Shown piece after piece: positions 26,029-40,379 of a stretch of 64,000 bases of DNA. Location: the NCBI GenBank assembly GCA_910592345.1, contig CAJVPI010000032.1, positions 1 through 64,000 on the forward strand, written 5' to 3'. Position 1 is the stretch's first letter, and each line of letters opens with the position of its first letter. Made by a program: the position numbers and the translations under genes. The DNA is from Paraglomus brasilianum (taxonomy: Eukaryota). The notes under the pieces were generated by a model that searched no databases, had not been told where the DNA came from, and worked only from the letters and a program-made list of their open reading frames with translations.

Positions 26029-27731
26029 TCACACTTTTTCCGGTATTTCCACTTCAATAAACTCATCTATACTACCCCTTCTCCGGTTTCGTCTCCACAA
26101 CTGTCCAAAATTCGACTTCTTAAGCTTCTCCCCTGCAAATCTAACTGCCCACATAACAAATTCAATCCACAACAACATACAAATACACAACACTGCGAAT
26201 GTCACATAACTCTCCCGATGCAAAACAACTTTTCTTTCCTGACAAAAGCTCCCTCTGAATGAGTACATCCCTCGGCTCTCGTCATAAAAGCTTGACCAGT
26301 AATCAGCCAATTTCATAATCGGAAGAAAAGCATAGTATATCGATCGTTGAGGTGGATAAGATATAAAGCGCGTGCCGGCTGGGTCGAAAAGGAACGATGT
26401 AGATGGGCGGGAATGAAGAGTTTTAAGAAGGGATTCACTGCTGAAAGACGGTGTTGAAAGGAGTGTCCAGGCGTAAGCTGGGGTAGTCGGGTAGTGCAAA
26501 TCCGTTCCTGTTAAAAGAAATAATGGAGGGGAATGCGATAAGGAGGAGACATAGAGATAGGTTTGCATGTCGAATGTTCCGCCGTTGATTATTTCAAATG
26601 CGTCTACCCCCTAGAATTTTCGATTTCAATTGCAAAAGAACGTATTATGACATGACCGCATCGACGAGGAACATACACCAGGTTCAGTCAGTTAACATAT
26701 GGTTGTATAAAAAAATTGTGAAAAAGGGGAAAGAAAGATTATCAGCTTGCCCATTCAATTAACTGTTCGCGCGTCGGATGATTTGGAAGTGTCGCAATTT
26801 CATATCCGGATTCTATGCAATACATAAGACTTAATCACTAATATATTACTACCTCACTTTCATCACATATTTGTGGTCAAAGACTAGACGTCTTCCCAAA
26901 ACTCCAACTTATCTCCAGCTTTCCCTCGCATACCAGTCTTATTACTCCATGGAATGTGATTAACAGATACTAGTCCACCCATTTCGTGCGTTAGATCAAT
27001 AATATGCTTTATATCCTCGTCGGAAGGTTCAGCTGGGCCAATTGGAATGTTTTCCGTTAGGCCGATTAGGTTCATATGGATACGACAAGTGCTGAAAGTT
27101 TGTGAAGATGAATGTTTGTTATAAAACTAGAATAATCTACATAACAATTTGTAAACAAACACCCATACCTGTACTCAATGGCAGGAATGATAATGATAGA
27201 GTCGTTATATTTCTTTTCGGCTATTTCCTTGGCCTCCAGACCGCCTGTGATTGTATTGTGATCACTGGCAATCATCGCATTGTATCCATTAGCTAATATG
27301 CAAATAAAAAAAGCAGATAAAAACGCATCATTTCGCTATCCTCAAGGCTCCTCGCGTTCTTGCTTATCTGCCAACAAAAGATCATCTCCCGAGATATCTC
27401 TTTCTTAATGCTCACCTATTCCCCACTGAATAACCTGTTCGGGACTCATTTTTCCATCTGATCGAGTGGTATGCACATGTCCATCCAACAATATTTCCAC
27501 TCCTCCACTCTCGTTACGCATACCGATCGATCCATTCATCGGGATCAAATATCCTCTTGGATCTATTCTCCAATCAAATTTCGCTTGCGAGTAATCGTAT
27601 TCATCTAGTATCATCTTGTATTTGACTATAGTAACCATAACCAATATCGGTATTAAACAAATACAGAACAACATCAAATGATAGAAAAACACGCTAAGGC
27701 ATTTTGAAAGAGATACACGAGGAAGATGCAT
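26029..27731 (-). CDS. PHP-domain (polymerase/histidinol phosphatase-like) metallo-phosphoesterase with N- and C-terminal transmembrane segments; start uncertain (27731, or 27888 with a frameshift)
   Basis: LDGHVHTTRSDG, ASDHNT, PAIEY, HMNLIG, VNHIPW, GVDAFEIING and TGTDLH are PHP metal-binding motifs. Hydrophobic runs LMLFCICLIPILVMVTIV and VTFAVLCICMLLWIEFVMWAV. Confidence 0.85.
26611..26750 (-). other. GC-AG intron in the PHP-domain gene
   Basis: Exon ends ...GAA TGG, the intron starts GCAAGC and ends TTCTAG, and the next exon GGG GTA GAC restores EQLIEW|GVDAFE. Confidence 0.75.
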
Positions 27732-29242
27732 TAGTATTCTTATCCGTGGGAAGTTGAATGACGATGGATATGTAGGTGAGGCGGGCAAAATCGCGGGGCG
27801 ACAACATAGTCGAGTCCGGAGAAAACGGTTGTATTTGGAGAAAAGGAACTGTTACTGAGTAGTCTGGTGAGCGTGTACGAATAGACATTCGGTTCGAAAA
27901 CTTGTGTGCTGGAAGATTAGATGGAATGATGATCAATTTGTCGCACATGCTTGATAATAAAGTAAACAAAGAGATTGTGCGAAAGAGCAATGCCTATAGG
28001 ACTAGGAACGGTAGATGCTAGATTTAGTTGTGCCTCCGCTTAGAAATATTTAAACATCTTATTTATCTGTCCAATCTGATTCAAACACAAGGAAGATTGT
28101 CTACAGCAAATAGAAGTTAACTTTTGATAAATATGAAATTGTAAAATATTACTGTGCAATAGAAAAGCCCTGAGGAATCGACCTGAATGCCAACAGAATT
28201 TGTTGGTATCTGAGAATGTTGAAGCGTTTAGTGAAACAACATATGAAAGGCATCCTCAACGAAGAAGTTATCAGGAATACACAATTTGTGGTTCTGCTAA
28301 TTATCATGTCAATATGTAATTATCGACTTTGCAAGGCACCTGGCACATTTACGATAACACTGCACCGCCAGCATCAAATGTCGCACGATACATTTGAAAG
28401 CTTGAGACAAGTAGTTTTTATTTATGCATTATTATCGGGGAATTCGATCGCCATTATTTTCTAACACTAGTTTACACGGTCAGTGTTTATTTAAGGAAAT
28501 ATATAATAATAATCAAACCATATTTACACGCTATTAAAAGTTTTCTCTAGCATTCAAAAAGATACGTTCACAATCAAATACGCGGAATTAACAGTTCTGG
28601 GATGATTTTAAATTAGCAATAAAAGGTCAGATTATTCGCACTGCCATGGTGTCAATAGGGAATCACGGAGAGACGAGACAGTCTAACTTTTCTTAGATCT
28701 GCTTAAATTATCTTTAGATTAATTCTCCGTGTCTTACAGTTGGAAATTTAACCTCGGACTTTTCTGTGGTGTGGAAAAGAAAAGATAATTGTTAATAGTA
28801 ATTGTCATGCACGTTATTATGTTCTCGTAGCGCAGAAAGATAAATAATATTAGTCGGCATCTGGATACAAGTACGAATATTATCAGATCGTTAATTTCCC
28901 CGCGATGGAATACTTGACATTGAAGACGTAATCGGAATTGCTTGCCGCTGGAAAGAGAGCGATGTAGTAAGGTAATTAATAAGTTAGTGGATAATATCAT
29001 ATTAATAAAATCAGCACTTTCCGAAGATCCACCGTCCATCATAATAATAAGGGAGTTTCCTGGATCTGAGGCACATGTCGAATTCGAAAGATCATTATTT
29101 GTACTTAATATTATATATTATAATTTTATTTCTGCCGTGCGAGATCAAGCAAACTCAACGAAATCATTATCAAAATTAAAATATGCAAAAAATACAACCG
29201 ATTTCAATGTACAACTTAAGCAATAATTACTGTTGTGTTTGG

Positions 29243-30339
29243 TTAAAAAATACTGTCAAATGTCAATTCATCGTTCTCATCCACTGAATGCCAAAAGGGA
29301 CTTTCAACAGCCTCAGGTGTAGACTTGTTGGTTCCAGCGGATGGTACTCTGATCGGCGTCTTTGTGACGTCTGGCCATTCATCATCACTAGTATCACCAC
29401 TAGCTACTTCACGCAATTTCCGGATAAATGGTGATTCTTTCTTCCCTCTTATTTCCTTCCTACCTCCCCTTTCCATCCTCTCTTCTTTATCTATGACCCC
29501 CTTATCAGTTACAACTCTTTCAACTACCAAATATTCCTTCTTCTCTCCCTTCGTCTCTTTAGTAAAGCTCACTCCTTCCAAGTCAGCGTCATAATATTCC
29601 GATAAGGCCAGCTCCCTAAATACAATTCTCTTTTTTGTAATCGGATCCGCACGAGACGCAAATAACGTCTTTGGTTGACAATAATGTGCTGGCGGGATAT
29701 TTTCTTGATCATCGGCTATGGATGAAATATCTGAGAAATCGTCGAGCAGCTCTGGTAACTCGGATGGTGTTGAGCTCGCTGCTATAGGTGATACATTATT
29801 GTAAGAAAGTGAAGGTCGACGGTGTGCAGGGGGAGTAGGAGATGCGGAATCAGGCAGAAAATTAGAAGGAGGAGGTGTGGTGGTGATACTGGCAGTGGTG
29901 GCTGAAATAGTAGAGTTGGATTCTGTGTCTGAGAGGCCGCACTGCCATGACTGTTTCGCTTGAGGATAAAAACTACTGGCGGTGATGGAAGGCGGTGGTG
30001 GTGACGAGGTGTTGTCTATGGATTTTATGTAATGCTTGAGTGGATTACGTATCGAGCTTCTTAGGGCTTTTGGACTTGGAGATCGCAAAAGCATCTATCG
30101 TTATTGGAGATGAAAATAGAAAACGAGCATGGCATGAGAAAGTGTGGTTAGCATGTAATCGATAAGAAAGACTTCCGGTTCCACACATGCTGTACGAATG
30201 CATATAGCTTAATGTTTCGTTAACTACCCGCAAATGTAGCTCATACCTCTTGGAAATTCAAGCTTAGACCTGGCGTGGCAGGCTCTGGGTTGTGTCGCGA
30301 ATCATATCTTCGTATAGGACTTTGTAAGAATCGTTCCAT
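29243..30339 (-). CDS. Intrinsically disordered Ser/Pro-rich protein with a DQENIPP motif, 2 exons (30247-30339 and 29243-30094)
   Basis: Exon 1 MERFLQSPIRR...NFQE ends at a GTATGA donor and joins in phase 0 through a GATAG acceptor to the 283-aa ORF. Many SP/TP sites. Confidence 0.75.
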
Positions 30340-33300
30340 TATTCTTCGCTTCCCGCTTTCAAAATACTAGAACTTTTTTTTTCTCTTGCTGCTATCTTGC
30401 GGTTTCTATTAATACTAATAGACAAGTTCAAACAGTTTCAACCGAGCATTCGATTTCGAGACAAAAAATACTTTGGTGCGGAGACGCGTCGTGATGCAAG
30501 ATAAATATGGTAATCGCGTTGTGCGTCGGTGATTTTGGGGGGTAAATAAGGTATATCGATGTTGGCCGCAGACGCGAATGTCGAGGTTAAAAAGCAGAGA
30601 TGAAGTTTGTGAAAATGACAACACCGACGCGTACCATTTCTTTATCAATTGACCAACAAAATTTGTGGCTCAGCAATCACACGCATTATAACTTAAAGAC
30701 TTTACGCAAAAGACGACTCGATACGAAAAATTGTGAAAACACGGATTGGGTATATGAAAAAGTTTGCTCGTTCACTTGTTTACTTCAGTCGGAAATTTTG
30801 TAGATCGATTCTAGAATAATCTGCAATCGTACTCGAAATCTGATTGGCGTTCGATAATCTTGACTAGAGAATTTGATGACGCCTTATCACACTTTTTGTG
30901 AGTATTGAGTTAAACTTATGCTTCTTGTTACTAGAAACTGGAAACTAGAAGCTAAAGACTTGCTTTATCTATTCGATTCTCTTGCCAACGAATATCACAA
31001 AAGTCTGTTAGTGCAGCGGTAGAAAAAAGGCCAAGTATTACCCTGAACTATCTGTATGACTCGACTCTAAAGAAGTACTCTTTATATGCGAGTAGATCAC
31101 TGTTAAAGAGCTTTTTATCAAACGACTTACTAAATGAATGACTGCTTTTTAGATTCATAAGCATCAGAGAATAGATTGAACTCTCTCAAATAACAGCTAG
31201 CTCATTTGAAAAAGGGTTTCCTATTATGTCGGATATCCTTACCAGGATGCAGCACATGAAGTGCTTTTGAAAAGGAGTGATGAGTTAAAAAAACTTTAAT
31301 CAGCAATTGTTGTCTGAAAAATGAAGCACAAACTACCAGGTAATTTGTACAATGATTAATTAAAAACAATGAGCGATTCTGTTAGATAGTCTTTCAAATA
31401 GCTTGCTGAGCGAATCTAGTCTTTGTAAAGTCTAGCTTATCTATAATAATAATAAATAAACATGAAGGAAGCGCTGTAGCAGCCGATTGCTATATATACA
31501 GATCAAGAAGCGAAATGAATTAATTACCTTTATCGCCAAAATTTGTGAATCGTATTCCCCATATCCTTGATGAGAGTTCCAATGATGAACGAAGTTTGTC
31601 AAGAGATTATGAGTATTACCATCATTAAGCTTAATCAGAAGTTAAACCTCAGATTCAAGATACTCGCCCCAGCAAAGGGAGAATTATAATAATAAAAAAT
31701 TCACTTCATTTTAATTGGCTGGCTAGCGTATTGTTATATGATTGGCTAGCTTGTGTAATCGTTTTTTCACGTCGAATCTATAATTTTGAAAACAGACACA
31801 ATAGTAATAGTACCAAGCTAACTGTACAAATGCACATAAATGAAGGTGAGGTTGTTTTGATCTCAACAAAGACGTAGTTTATTATATACTTATCCCAGAG
31901 AATGTGCACCAGATAACAGTTGTAGCTATAACTACACAAGGCCTACAACAGGAAATGATAGGTTCGACTTACTGTACGTTGGTTTCGTATCTATTTACGC
32001 TCTCACAGCTCCTTTAATATTACTTTCTTGCCTTTTCCTAATACTGGCTCTCACTTAGTCCTTCTTTCCTTCCTTCCCCCGTATTAATACTACATAGATA
32101 CGAAGGCATATACGGCAAAGTGTGGGCAAGTGAGGAAATGAGGGACCGACGAAATGGTGCGTTTGAGGCTCTGTATGTATGATGGCCTGATTGTCTTAGA
32201 GAACAGAGACAAGGCTAAGATGGGAAGGGTGATAGTGAGGAGATTAGCTGATTAGAATGTATGGAGCAAGTAACGATTAAAATCATTTTATTGAATTATA
32301 GTCACGAACAACTATGCGCAGTAACGGAGGATCATAGCGACACAATTATACGGCCGGTGAGATTTGATAAGTTGTAAGTGGATTTTGGTAGTTTTCCCTC
32401 GCTATTGTGTTATAATGCTCACCTGTCCAATTGGTTTCAATGTTCCATCTTTCGAACGCACATTATCAAGGTACAAATATTGCACAAAAGCTAAACCCAC
32501 GCAAGATCTCTCCGACTCTGATATCGAACACTAATAGTAATATTAATATCCATGATAAATTTCTCTCGGTAATAATTAATGTAATATAATGTTATGCGTG
32601 GATGGTTTTTAGTAGACATAATATGCATTTTCCTTCTCCCATCATTTTTCCATCAAAGGTCAATTGGGTTTTGATAAATTGGATATTGATCCATGCTCAC
32701 GACCGATGTAACAACACCGAAAATGGTAAATGTATCTTATTTTGAAATAAATGATGATTTCCTTATAATTTTCAGACTTTTAAGTTGATGATCTTATATT
32801 CAATGATGTTCTAATACTAAGTTTAGATTCATGACATTAGAGCCCTGAATGTTAGCTTCGAGTTAACACAAAAGAGAAGTATATCATTCTCATCTTACGT
32901 ATTCGCCGTTAACTTGGAGAGTTGACGCCTGCAACTAGAAGCGAGATTAGTTCTACTTTGCGATATTGGACTATAGAAGCGCGTTAGGAATACTTTTTCC
33001 GCAATTAATAATAATTGATGTTAAGAATGTTTTAATCTGTCTATTGGAACTTTGCTCACATCCGACACGGAAGTAAAGACGAATGTCTTTAGTGTTGAAG
33101 AAATAGGGCTAGTTTTTCTTCATTAAAATATTAATATTATAAATCATAGATATTAATGACAATCCCAGAAACTGAACACTGGTACATGACCTGATATACG
33201 GTATATGAGAACGACAATCAATAATATAGTGTTCGCTATAAGGTAGCTTATTTATTGTATGTAGTTACGTAAGCTACAATGGTTTGATGCAGCTTACTTT

Positions 33301-36254
33301 GTAGTACATATTTGTTATTATTTATAATGTCCACTATTATAGTTCAAACTTTAATTCATGTATAATAATAAACTTCCCAACTTAAAATTAAATTCTCCAA
33401 TCGACTTTACTGAAATATTTCCAAACTTGTAAACAATGTACACGATAAATTTGTCAAATCAAAAGACTTGTTTAACAGTGGCAAAAGCTTTGAAGTGATG
33501 TCCCTTTTTATTATGTAGCGTTTCAATATTAACCGTCATATCTGGTTTATTTTCTCTTGGTCCAACGGTCAGGTGGCGTTATTGACTTCGGTCCAGACAA
33601 CTAGTATTTTATCGATAGCTTTTACGTCGACATTCTAAGTAAACGTGTCTCTGGAGTTTAGCCAATTTTTTGGAAGATCGTGTCCAGAGGTTTCTGCAAA
33701 TTTTCACATATAATCCCGCCGTCGCGACGTGAATTTGTTACACGATGTATTAGTATTAGTTTTCACTGATGAGCTAAAGGGCTAAACTCGTTAGTCTAAC
33801 TGGCTAATAGCGTTCGTTATCGTTTTTGTACATTCACAAGGACAAACTATTGGCGAATAAAAGACTTTTACGGAAGGCGTAAGAACTTGAAATATAAGAA
33901 GAAAGGTAAAAAAGGCAGGCAGAAAACCGTTAGGCCAATTATATGTTTAGGTCAAAAAGGAGGTTATTATTACTAGAATTTGAAACAGAGGACCATCAAG
34001 TCACAAGTTGAGTTAGAAGAGAATTCAAAAAAAATAAGGACTAGAAAAAGATTGATTTATTGCTTTGGAACATACCATGTGTTGCAGAAAATTGTTGATA
34101 CAAGTGAATCAGTGTACAGTACACTACAACTATTATGCAACAGATCACAGTTCAATAATGTCATAAGTCTAAATATACAATTCTAAGAGTAATTAAAAAT
34201 ATGTTCCTGCATCTGGAAACTTTGTGTCTGATTGTATTAAATGCAGACACATTGATTATTATACTCGTGTGATAAGTGAGTTTCTATAAAGCTGTTCTAG
34301 GATTGAGTGATAAAGTTACTATTATGCAGAATACAACTTGTTGGTAATCAAATAAACATGTTTACTTTTCAACAGTTAAATTATTTCAAGTTCACTAAAC
34401 TACTAAAATGTCCATTTGAATATTGCACATTGTGAATGCTGATACATTTGTACAAAAATCCAGTTCATGTAATCCATTTTCATGTTAATATCGCGCAACG
34501 TGGAGAGCTAACAGCTTCCTTTAAGTATAACCCCCAAATAAACAAAAATATAATTCTTAGAAAAGTATCCACCCTAGTATATAAATCATCTGTTAATTCT
34601 TCACGTTGCGTGTGATAAACGTATTTACAAATGTATCTTTCCCCTTATAAATAGGTTGTGTTGTTCCGACATTAAGAGTTGACGTTTGCAGTTTCTTGCT
34701 TCGTCGCGCACATTCTCGTTTTATATACCGCCATTACCGCCAATGGTGAGATATTACCGCGTGATAGCGACAGTAATTTATAATATAAAACTACATATTT
34801 TACTTTCAGATATTCCAAACTTGAATTTATTAAAAAATTTTATACTTTAAAATTGTCTTTAATTTGTAAATTTGTATTTTCATGTATTTAATAGATTTAT
34901 GTTGCTCGCTCTGATGCCGATGACATTGTCCGTTAGGGAGGGTTTCAAAATTATGGAAATACATTTGCAGTATATAATGAAGAAAGCGTTGCGCATAGTA
35001 ATAGCACATGGTTGTCAACTCGAACTTTGAGCCAAATGTCCGTAACAATTTGCAAATTTTCTTCAACTCCTCCACGGAAAAAGACCCTCAGTGTGCGCAG
35101 GATATATATATATTATCCAAAATGCCCCCTTTCACATGAAGGAGTCCAGTTTCCGAAGTACCAGTTCTTTTTTTTTTTTTTAGGCTGTGGCGGATGTGGT
35201 ACAAAGATGGGGATTGGCTACCAACGGAAATTGGGAACTGGGAAGAGCATTCTTGGCAAAAAAAAACTCTTTGGGAAAGCGTGCTTGAATTGATATGCCA
35301 GAACAGAGGGAATAGTTGAAAGAGTTGACATTTGTAGTTTGATTCCACATCCCATTATTTAACGACAGATGTGAGAATATTGCGCATAATCATTATCAAC
35401 AACATCAACATCTGTATTTCTGCAACAATATTAACTATTGTCATCCGGGAATCCGAAACTTATATGAACGACAAACACAGTCTTCATTCTTGGTGGCGGG
35501 GAACTGTATTACAATCAAAAATAACGCAAAAAATATGCGTATGGAACGAATCAGCCGACAGGCCCGCCCCAGTGATTCTCGAGTAACAGTGAAATTAATC
35601 CTTGTTCTAACCGTTGTCGTACTACATGAAAGCATTTGATTATGCAGCCACAGTGTTATGTAATCATATCTCATTTAAGATATCGTCAGTCATAATAATA
35701 ATAATAGAACCGTGTAACAGCTTGAATGTGGCAGAGTACGAAGTAAATTTTTGATTTGATTGGTGGCACGAAAAGATTGTGAATTGGATCTCTTGAATCA
35801 TTAGACAAATATAAATAAAGTCTTACACTAATTAGACATCAACTCTTAATAGTAATGCAACAAGAACAGATATAAAGGCTTACTGCTTTTATTATGTCTC
35901 TTTTAATCATCTCCAATGTTAGGTCACTTCTAAAAACCTTGAAGTCAAGTGATAACAGAATAGCCTTTCCCCCTAACTAACATATTCTTTCCAGATAAGA
36001 ATATATACTAACCTCCCAAAAGGTATGGACTGCTCCATTATTACTAATGTGTGCAATTCTTTATTTGATGACAAAATCAAAACAAGCATGGCAAGAGATT
36101 CAGTGATGTACTTATACTATAAAATTTCATATACAGTATGTAACAAAGAAAAAGAAAAAACATCAGTATTATTTAATAACTAGTGTGTCAATGCTGGTTT
36201 GAATAAATGTTTAAACCCCATAGATTTTATTGAATAATAATTAACAGATATGCA

Positions 36255-36650
36255 CTGTTAATTCACATCTTCATTTCATTGAGTCTACTAAATTAATAAG
36301 AGTTGCTTCTGGAATATTCTGCCATTCCTCTTTCATAAATTGTTTTAATATTGACTTCTCACAATTTTTTGGCATCCTTCTCTCAACAATATTTTAACAA
36401 TGCACTGAGATTTTCTATTGGGTTAAATCAGAACTGTTAGATGGCTGATCTATAATTTGTGAAATATTTTTCTTTAGCAACTCTACTTGTATACTTGGAG
36501 CCATTGTTCTGCTGGAACTTCCTCCTTTTACCAAAAATCCATTAATTTCAGGAATATGTTTAGCTGAAATTCAACATAAAAGTTTGCTTCTTCCCTTCAT
36601 GCAAACCCCCCAAGCAAGAAAAAAGTTTTTGATCTTTTGGCACATTTTCA
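36255..36650 (-). pseudogene. Decayed Tc1/mariner (DDE) transposase
   Basis: Frameshifted fragments KFQQNNGSKYTSRVAKE, IIDQPSNSSDL..IENL and FMKEEWQNIPEATLINLVDSMK*RC match the FQQDN..H / WPSNSPDLNPIENLW / EEW..I..LV.SM.RC motifs. Confidence 0.8.
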
Positions 36651-39600
36651 ATGTGTTTTTGTATGATAATAGTTGAAACGCCGTTTTATTCCAATTCTCA
36701 TCAGGATGTCTTGCCCACTGTACTTGTTTTCTTTGTAAGCTTCAGTGAGCATTGGTGTAGCCATTGTAATTGATAAACTCTCTAAACCATTAACAAATTT
36801 TAAGTGGCTATTAGTATTAGCATCCTTTTGTTGTTTTAAACCAGACAAGTGAACATTTGATTACATGATCTAAAAGTGGCCGGAAAATTAACTAATTTAG
36901 CTGATGAAATTTAGGTGAGTCTTTGCTTGATTTATAGCTGTGGCTCAGGAACAAATCCTAGACTAAATTTTAGATTTATTGCTATGTTCTCAGTGAATGC
37001 AACTAGCATGAATTTGTACTCACCAAAACAAAAACATTTACATCAATGTACTTTCAAAGTATACAAAGCAACTAACTGCACATCGTTTTTCCAAAACATT
37101 TGTACTATCTAAAAGCTTTTATTCAATAAAGATGGTTCATCATTTTGATTTCTGACAACAGCCTGCAGCAAATAATGCTAATAGATTTCCATTTGCAGAC
37201 ATTTCTCTACAAATTGCAAAAGCTGTTGTGCAATTTTTACTTTCTTTGTTTGGGTGCTCACAACCAAGAGCAGCTCACATGCAATTTTTGACTATCACAT
37301 GCTTCTTTTCGTACATGTATATTCAGAACCACCAACAAGCTGCTACACACAACATAATGTTTGACAAACTCAATGTTATTGAAAAGAGCCTCTTCGAAAT
37401 ACAAGATAAATTCAACTGATTCAAACCAAACGGCAAAGGTTGCTCTCCAAAACCAACCAAATCATACAAGAGAGACTTCTAAGACTCTGGAACAAGTTTA
37501 AACAGCTCATGGATGTGAAGAGAAGACTCGACGACATTAGCCTGTCCGCAATATATTGCAAGGTTAAGAGCGAGATCGAAGCCTTGGGAAGGGCAGCATT
37601 GTAGTGGAGAATTTTTACAAACGTAAAATAAATCCCAAGCCCAAAACCTTAAAATTGATAGCACCTTGGGTAGAAAATGAAAGGAGAGATCATGGGTAGG
37701 GCGATTGCAAAAATTAATAGTTGTGCAAGCCCAATGAATATGGACAGTTATCGCCTTTCAAGGCAGGTCTAGTACTAGGGGCCCCTTGCAAGCTCGCAAT
37801 TGTTTTTTGGTGTTTATTAATTATTATTTATTATTGATCGCTTACGCAAAACCATTGATCCTTGATACACAGAACACCTCGTTTTGCTGGGGTCATACCC
37901 AAAATCAATTTTTCGTGCGACCCATTATTATTCCGCAATATTATTGATTATCCCCAGTTTTATTGGCTATTTATATGTGATTGAGTCGTATTTTATTAGG
38001 AAAAAGACAGCGATGCTGCGCAAACAATCAAATACTATTACGTGCTACTGCAATATTTTTCTCTTTAGATTTTCTATTATTCAACCGCGTGTTTATTATG
38101 TTCAACATCATCGTCGACGCGGATATTCTTACTAAGCGATTCTTCGACAAATGATGATGGCTTCCAATTTGATCCTTGCTCTAAAAACAAAGTCTCCAGC
38201 GAGAGACGGGCTTCGTACCCCCTTTTTCTCTTTGGTTGGCTCAACAAATTTTCCTTGTCATCACATGAACCAATTGCCTGGCAATAAATGAGCATCAGAG
38301 AAAGCCGCGATAAGACAAATTTCACTAGACATACTATACAACTACCTTTCGTTTACTTCCACGTTTTATATTGCGTATGTGCGTGGTGTAACGCCTTTCA
38401 GTTGATGACTGAATTCTCGGATCGGTGTTTTTCTCGACTAAATTAATTTAATATATCACTTGATTCATAATCAGATATAATATGATATATCAACGTATAC
38501 AATTCCAAAGGGGATTTATTTTACACGAGGCTAAATTCTATATGCAATAACGACCAAAAGCTGCAACGCATATTCAATGCCCATTGAATTAGTCTTTCCC
38601 CGTTGGGACATTGTAATTCGTATATTAGCTCCTCGGCAACAGTATTTAACTTCCCCCACGATATTCATCCGGTGAGAAATTAAAAAAATTGTTTGAGATC
38701 GATTATGACGTTTTTGTTTGGTATACATTGTCGGTTGATCGTAATAGCGACTCTTAGCGTGAAATCAGAAATCGTTATTCAAGGCGGTAATAAAGATTCT
38801 GAGGATGTGGCCGCTGTAGGATCGTAATTGGTGGTAGCAGCAACGTACTGCCATACCATCACAGGGAGCATAAAGTAAATATTATATTCCTAAATTATGC
38901 AGAACAAATTTGCTCTTTGCATCGTCGTTATTGTCCTTATTGTCGTTATCAGCACCCTTTCAAGTACCATTATTAATAATATCCTTCCGAGATGCTTGTC
39001 TCGGTTAAATAACACCCTGTTATTATTGCATGAAAGTGTTAACGTGACAGGCTTTTTTCACCGTAACAATATCACGTCAACCAACAAAATGTACCAGCCA
39101 TCACCTTTTCCAAATCCGCATCAATGTGCCGAAGCACTGACGGCCTAGTATCAGTTGCAATCTGCATTTACTATCGACGTCGCATGATCATCTATGTTAC
39201 GCATCATCTCCACGACATCAGCGCTCGTGCGCGATGGTCATAATCACGGAGGGTCGGTTTTGGAGATATAGCAATGGAAATGGAAATAAGAGATCCAAGC
39301 TGAATGCAATATTTTCTGATATTGCTCGAATATCTTTCGTCCGCCTTTCAGTATCGCTGAAGGATCACCTTGACTGGAAAACTAGATTGTGAAGTATCTA
39401 GTCAAATGCGAAATTTTTTATGGCAGTTTATTAGAGCGCCTATCGAGTGCGGAGTGTGTTCAAAGTTCTTGTCATGGCTGAACGATTAGATATGTAATAA
39501 ATTTGTTAATATTATAATTACTTTTCCTGAAGTAATCCACCCAATAAAGTCTATTGCTCCCTCCACACGTTGGAGTGTAACAAGGCCTGCATTAATTGCC

Positions 39601-40151
39601 TTATTACTTTAGTTCTACTCTGTTTCTTGAGTCGGATGTTCTTCAGGATGTTATGTCTGCATATGTATTCTTCGTAGTATGTGTTAAGAGAGCGCGTAAA
39701 CCATTTTAATTTGGGAATTGGGGGATTAATCAAAATTGTTCAGACCAATAATACTGCGGAATAACAACGGGGTCACATGAAAAATTGATTTTGGGGCATG
39801 ACGTATCAGGATCAATGGTGCGTAATAAAAACACTTGCGACGCGTTCGATTTCCTGGTCATCATACCGACAATCCACCAGACAGAGCTACTGCACAAAAA
39901 CGAACAAAATATCCCTACACTGGCCTTTTATTCATTAGCACACAGCTCTGTGAGTATTAGATCTTTAATTACCTACGGTTGCCGTATGCTCTCTGAACAC
40001 TGCGGTACGTCTTATCGTTCTATTGTTTTGTCAACATTTGTCTTCAAATCCAATTCACTTTGACATTTTTTAATCCTATTTCTTCCAGATTTTCGACTAG
40101 GTCTGTATATATTATCAGAATTTGTGAAATTTGGCGACCCACAGTATCCGG

Positions 40152-40379
40152 CACCCGTGTATGGCCGAGCTAAGTGTCAATGCTTAGCGACCCCTGCGGC
40201 TGTTGTTTGGACCAAGCACAGAGGCTACCCTGTACAATGTCGTTCATCTTATACGATGGATTGCTTGTATGGCCTATGCCTTTCGGCTTGTGTCTAGTAT
40301 ACTGGATGTAATGCTGCCTACACCCGTGTATGGCCGAGCTAAGTGTCAATGCTTAGCAACCCCTGCGGCTGATGTTTGG
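40152..40379 (+). repeat. Direct repeat of ~59 bp (40152-40210 and 40321-40379), period 169 bp
   Basis: CACCCGTGTATGGCCGAGCTAAGTGTCAATGCTTAGC(G/A)ACCCCTGCGGCTG(T/A)TGTTTGG occurs twice with two mismatches. Confidence 0.9.

Noticed and set aside
27885..31975. GGTTCGA T-loop-like words at about 27891 and 31961
   Set aside because: No cloverleaf or A-box context; no tRNA or rRNA is supported in this window.
35040..35350. Possible non-LTR retroelement fragment with a poly(A/T) run
   Set aside because: No RT or endonuclease motif could be read with confidence.
36900..37700. Minus-strand broken frame with a faint GNAT-like pattern
   Set aside because: Too many stops and too little motif evidence to name.
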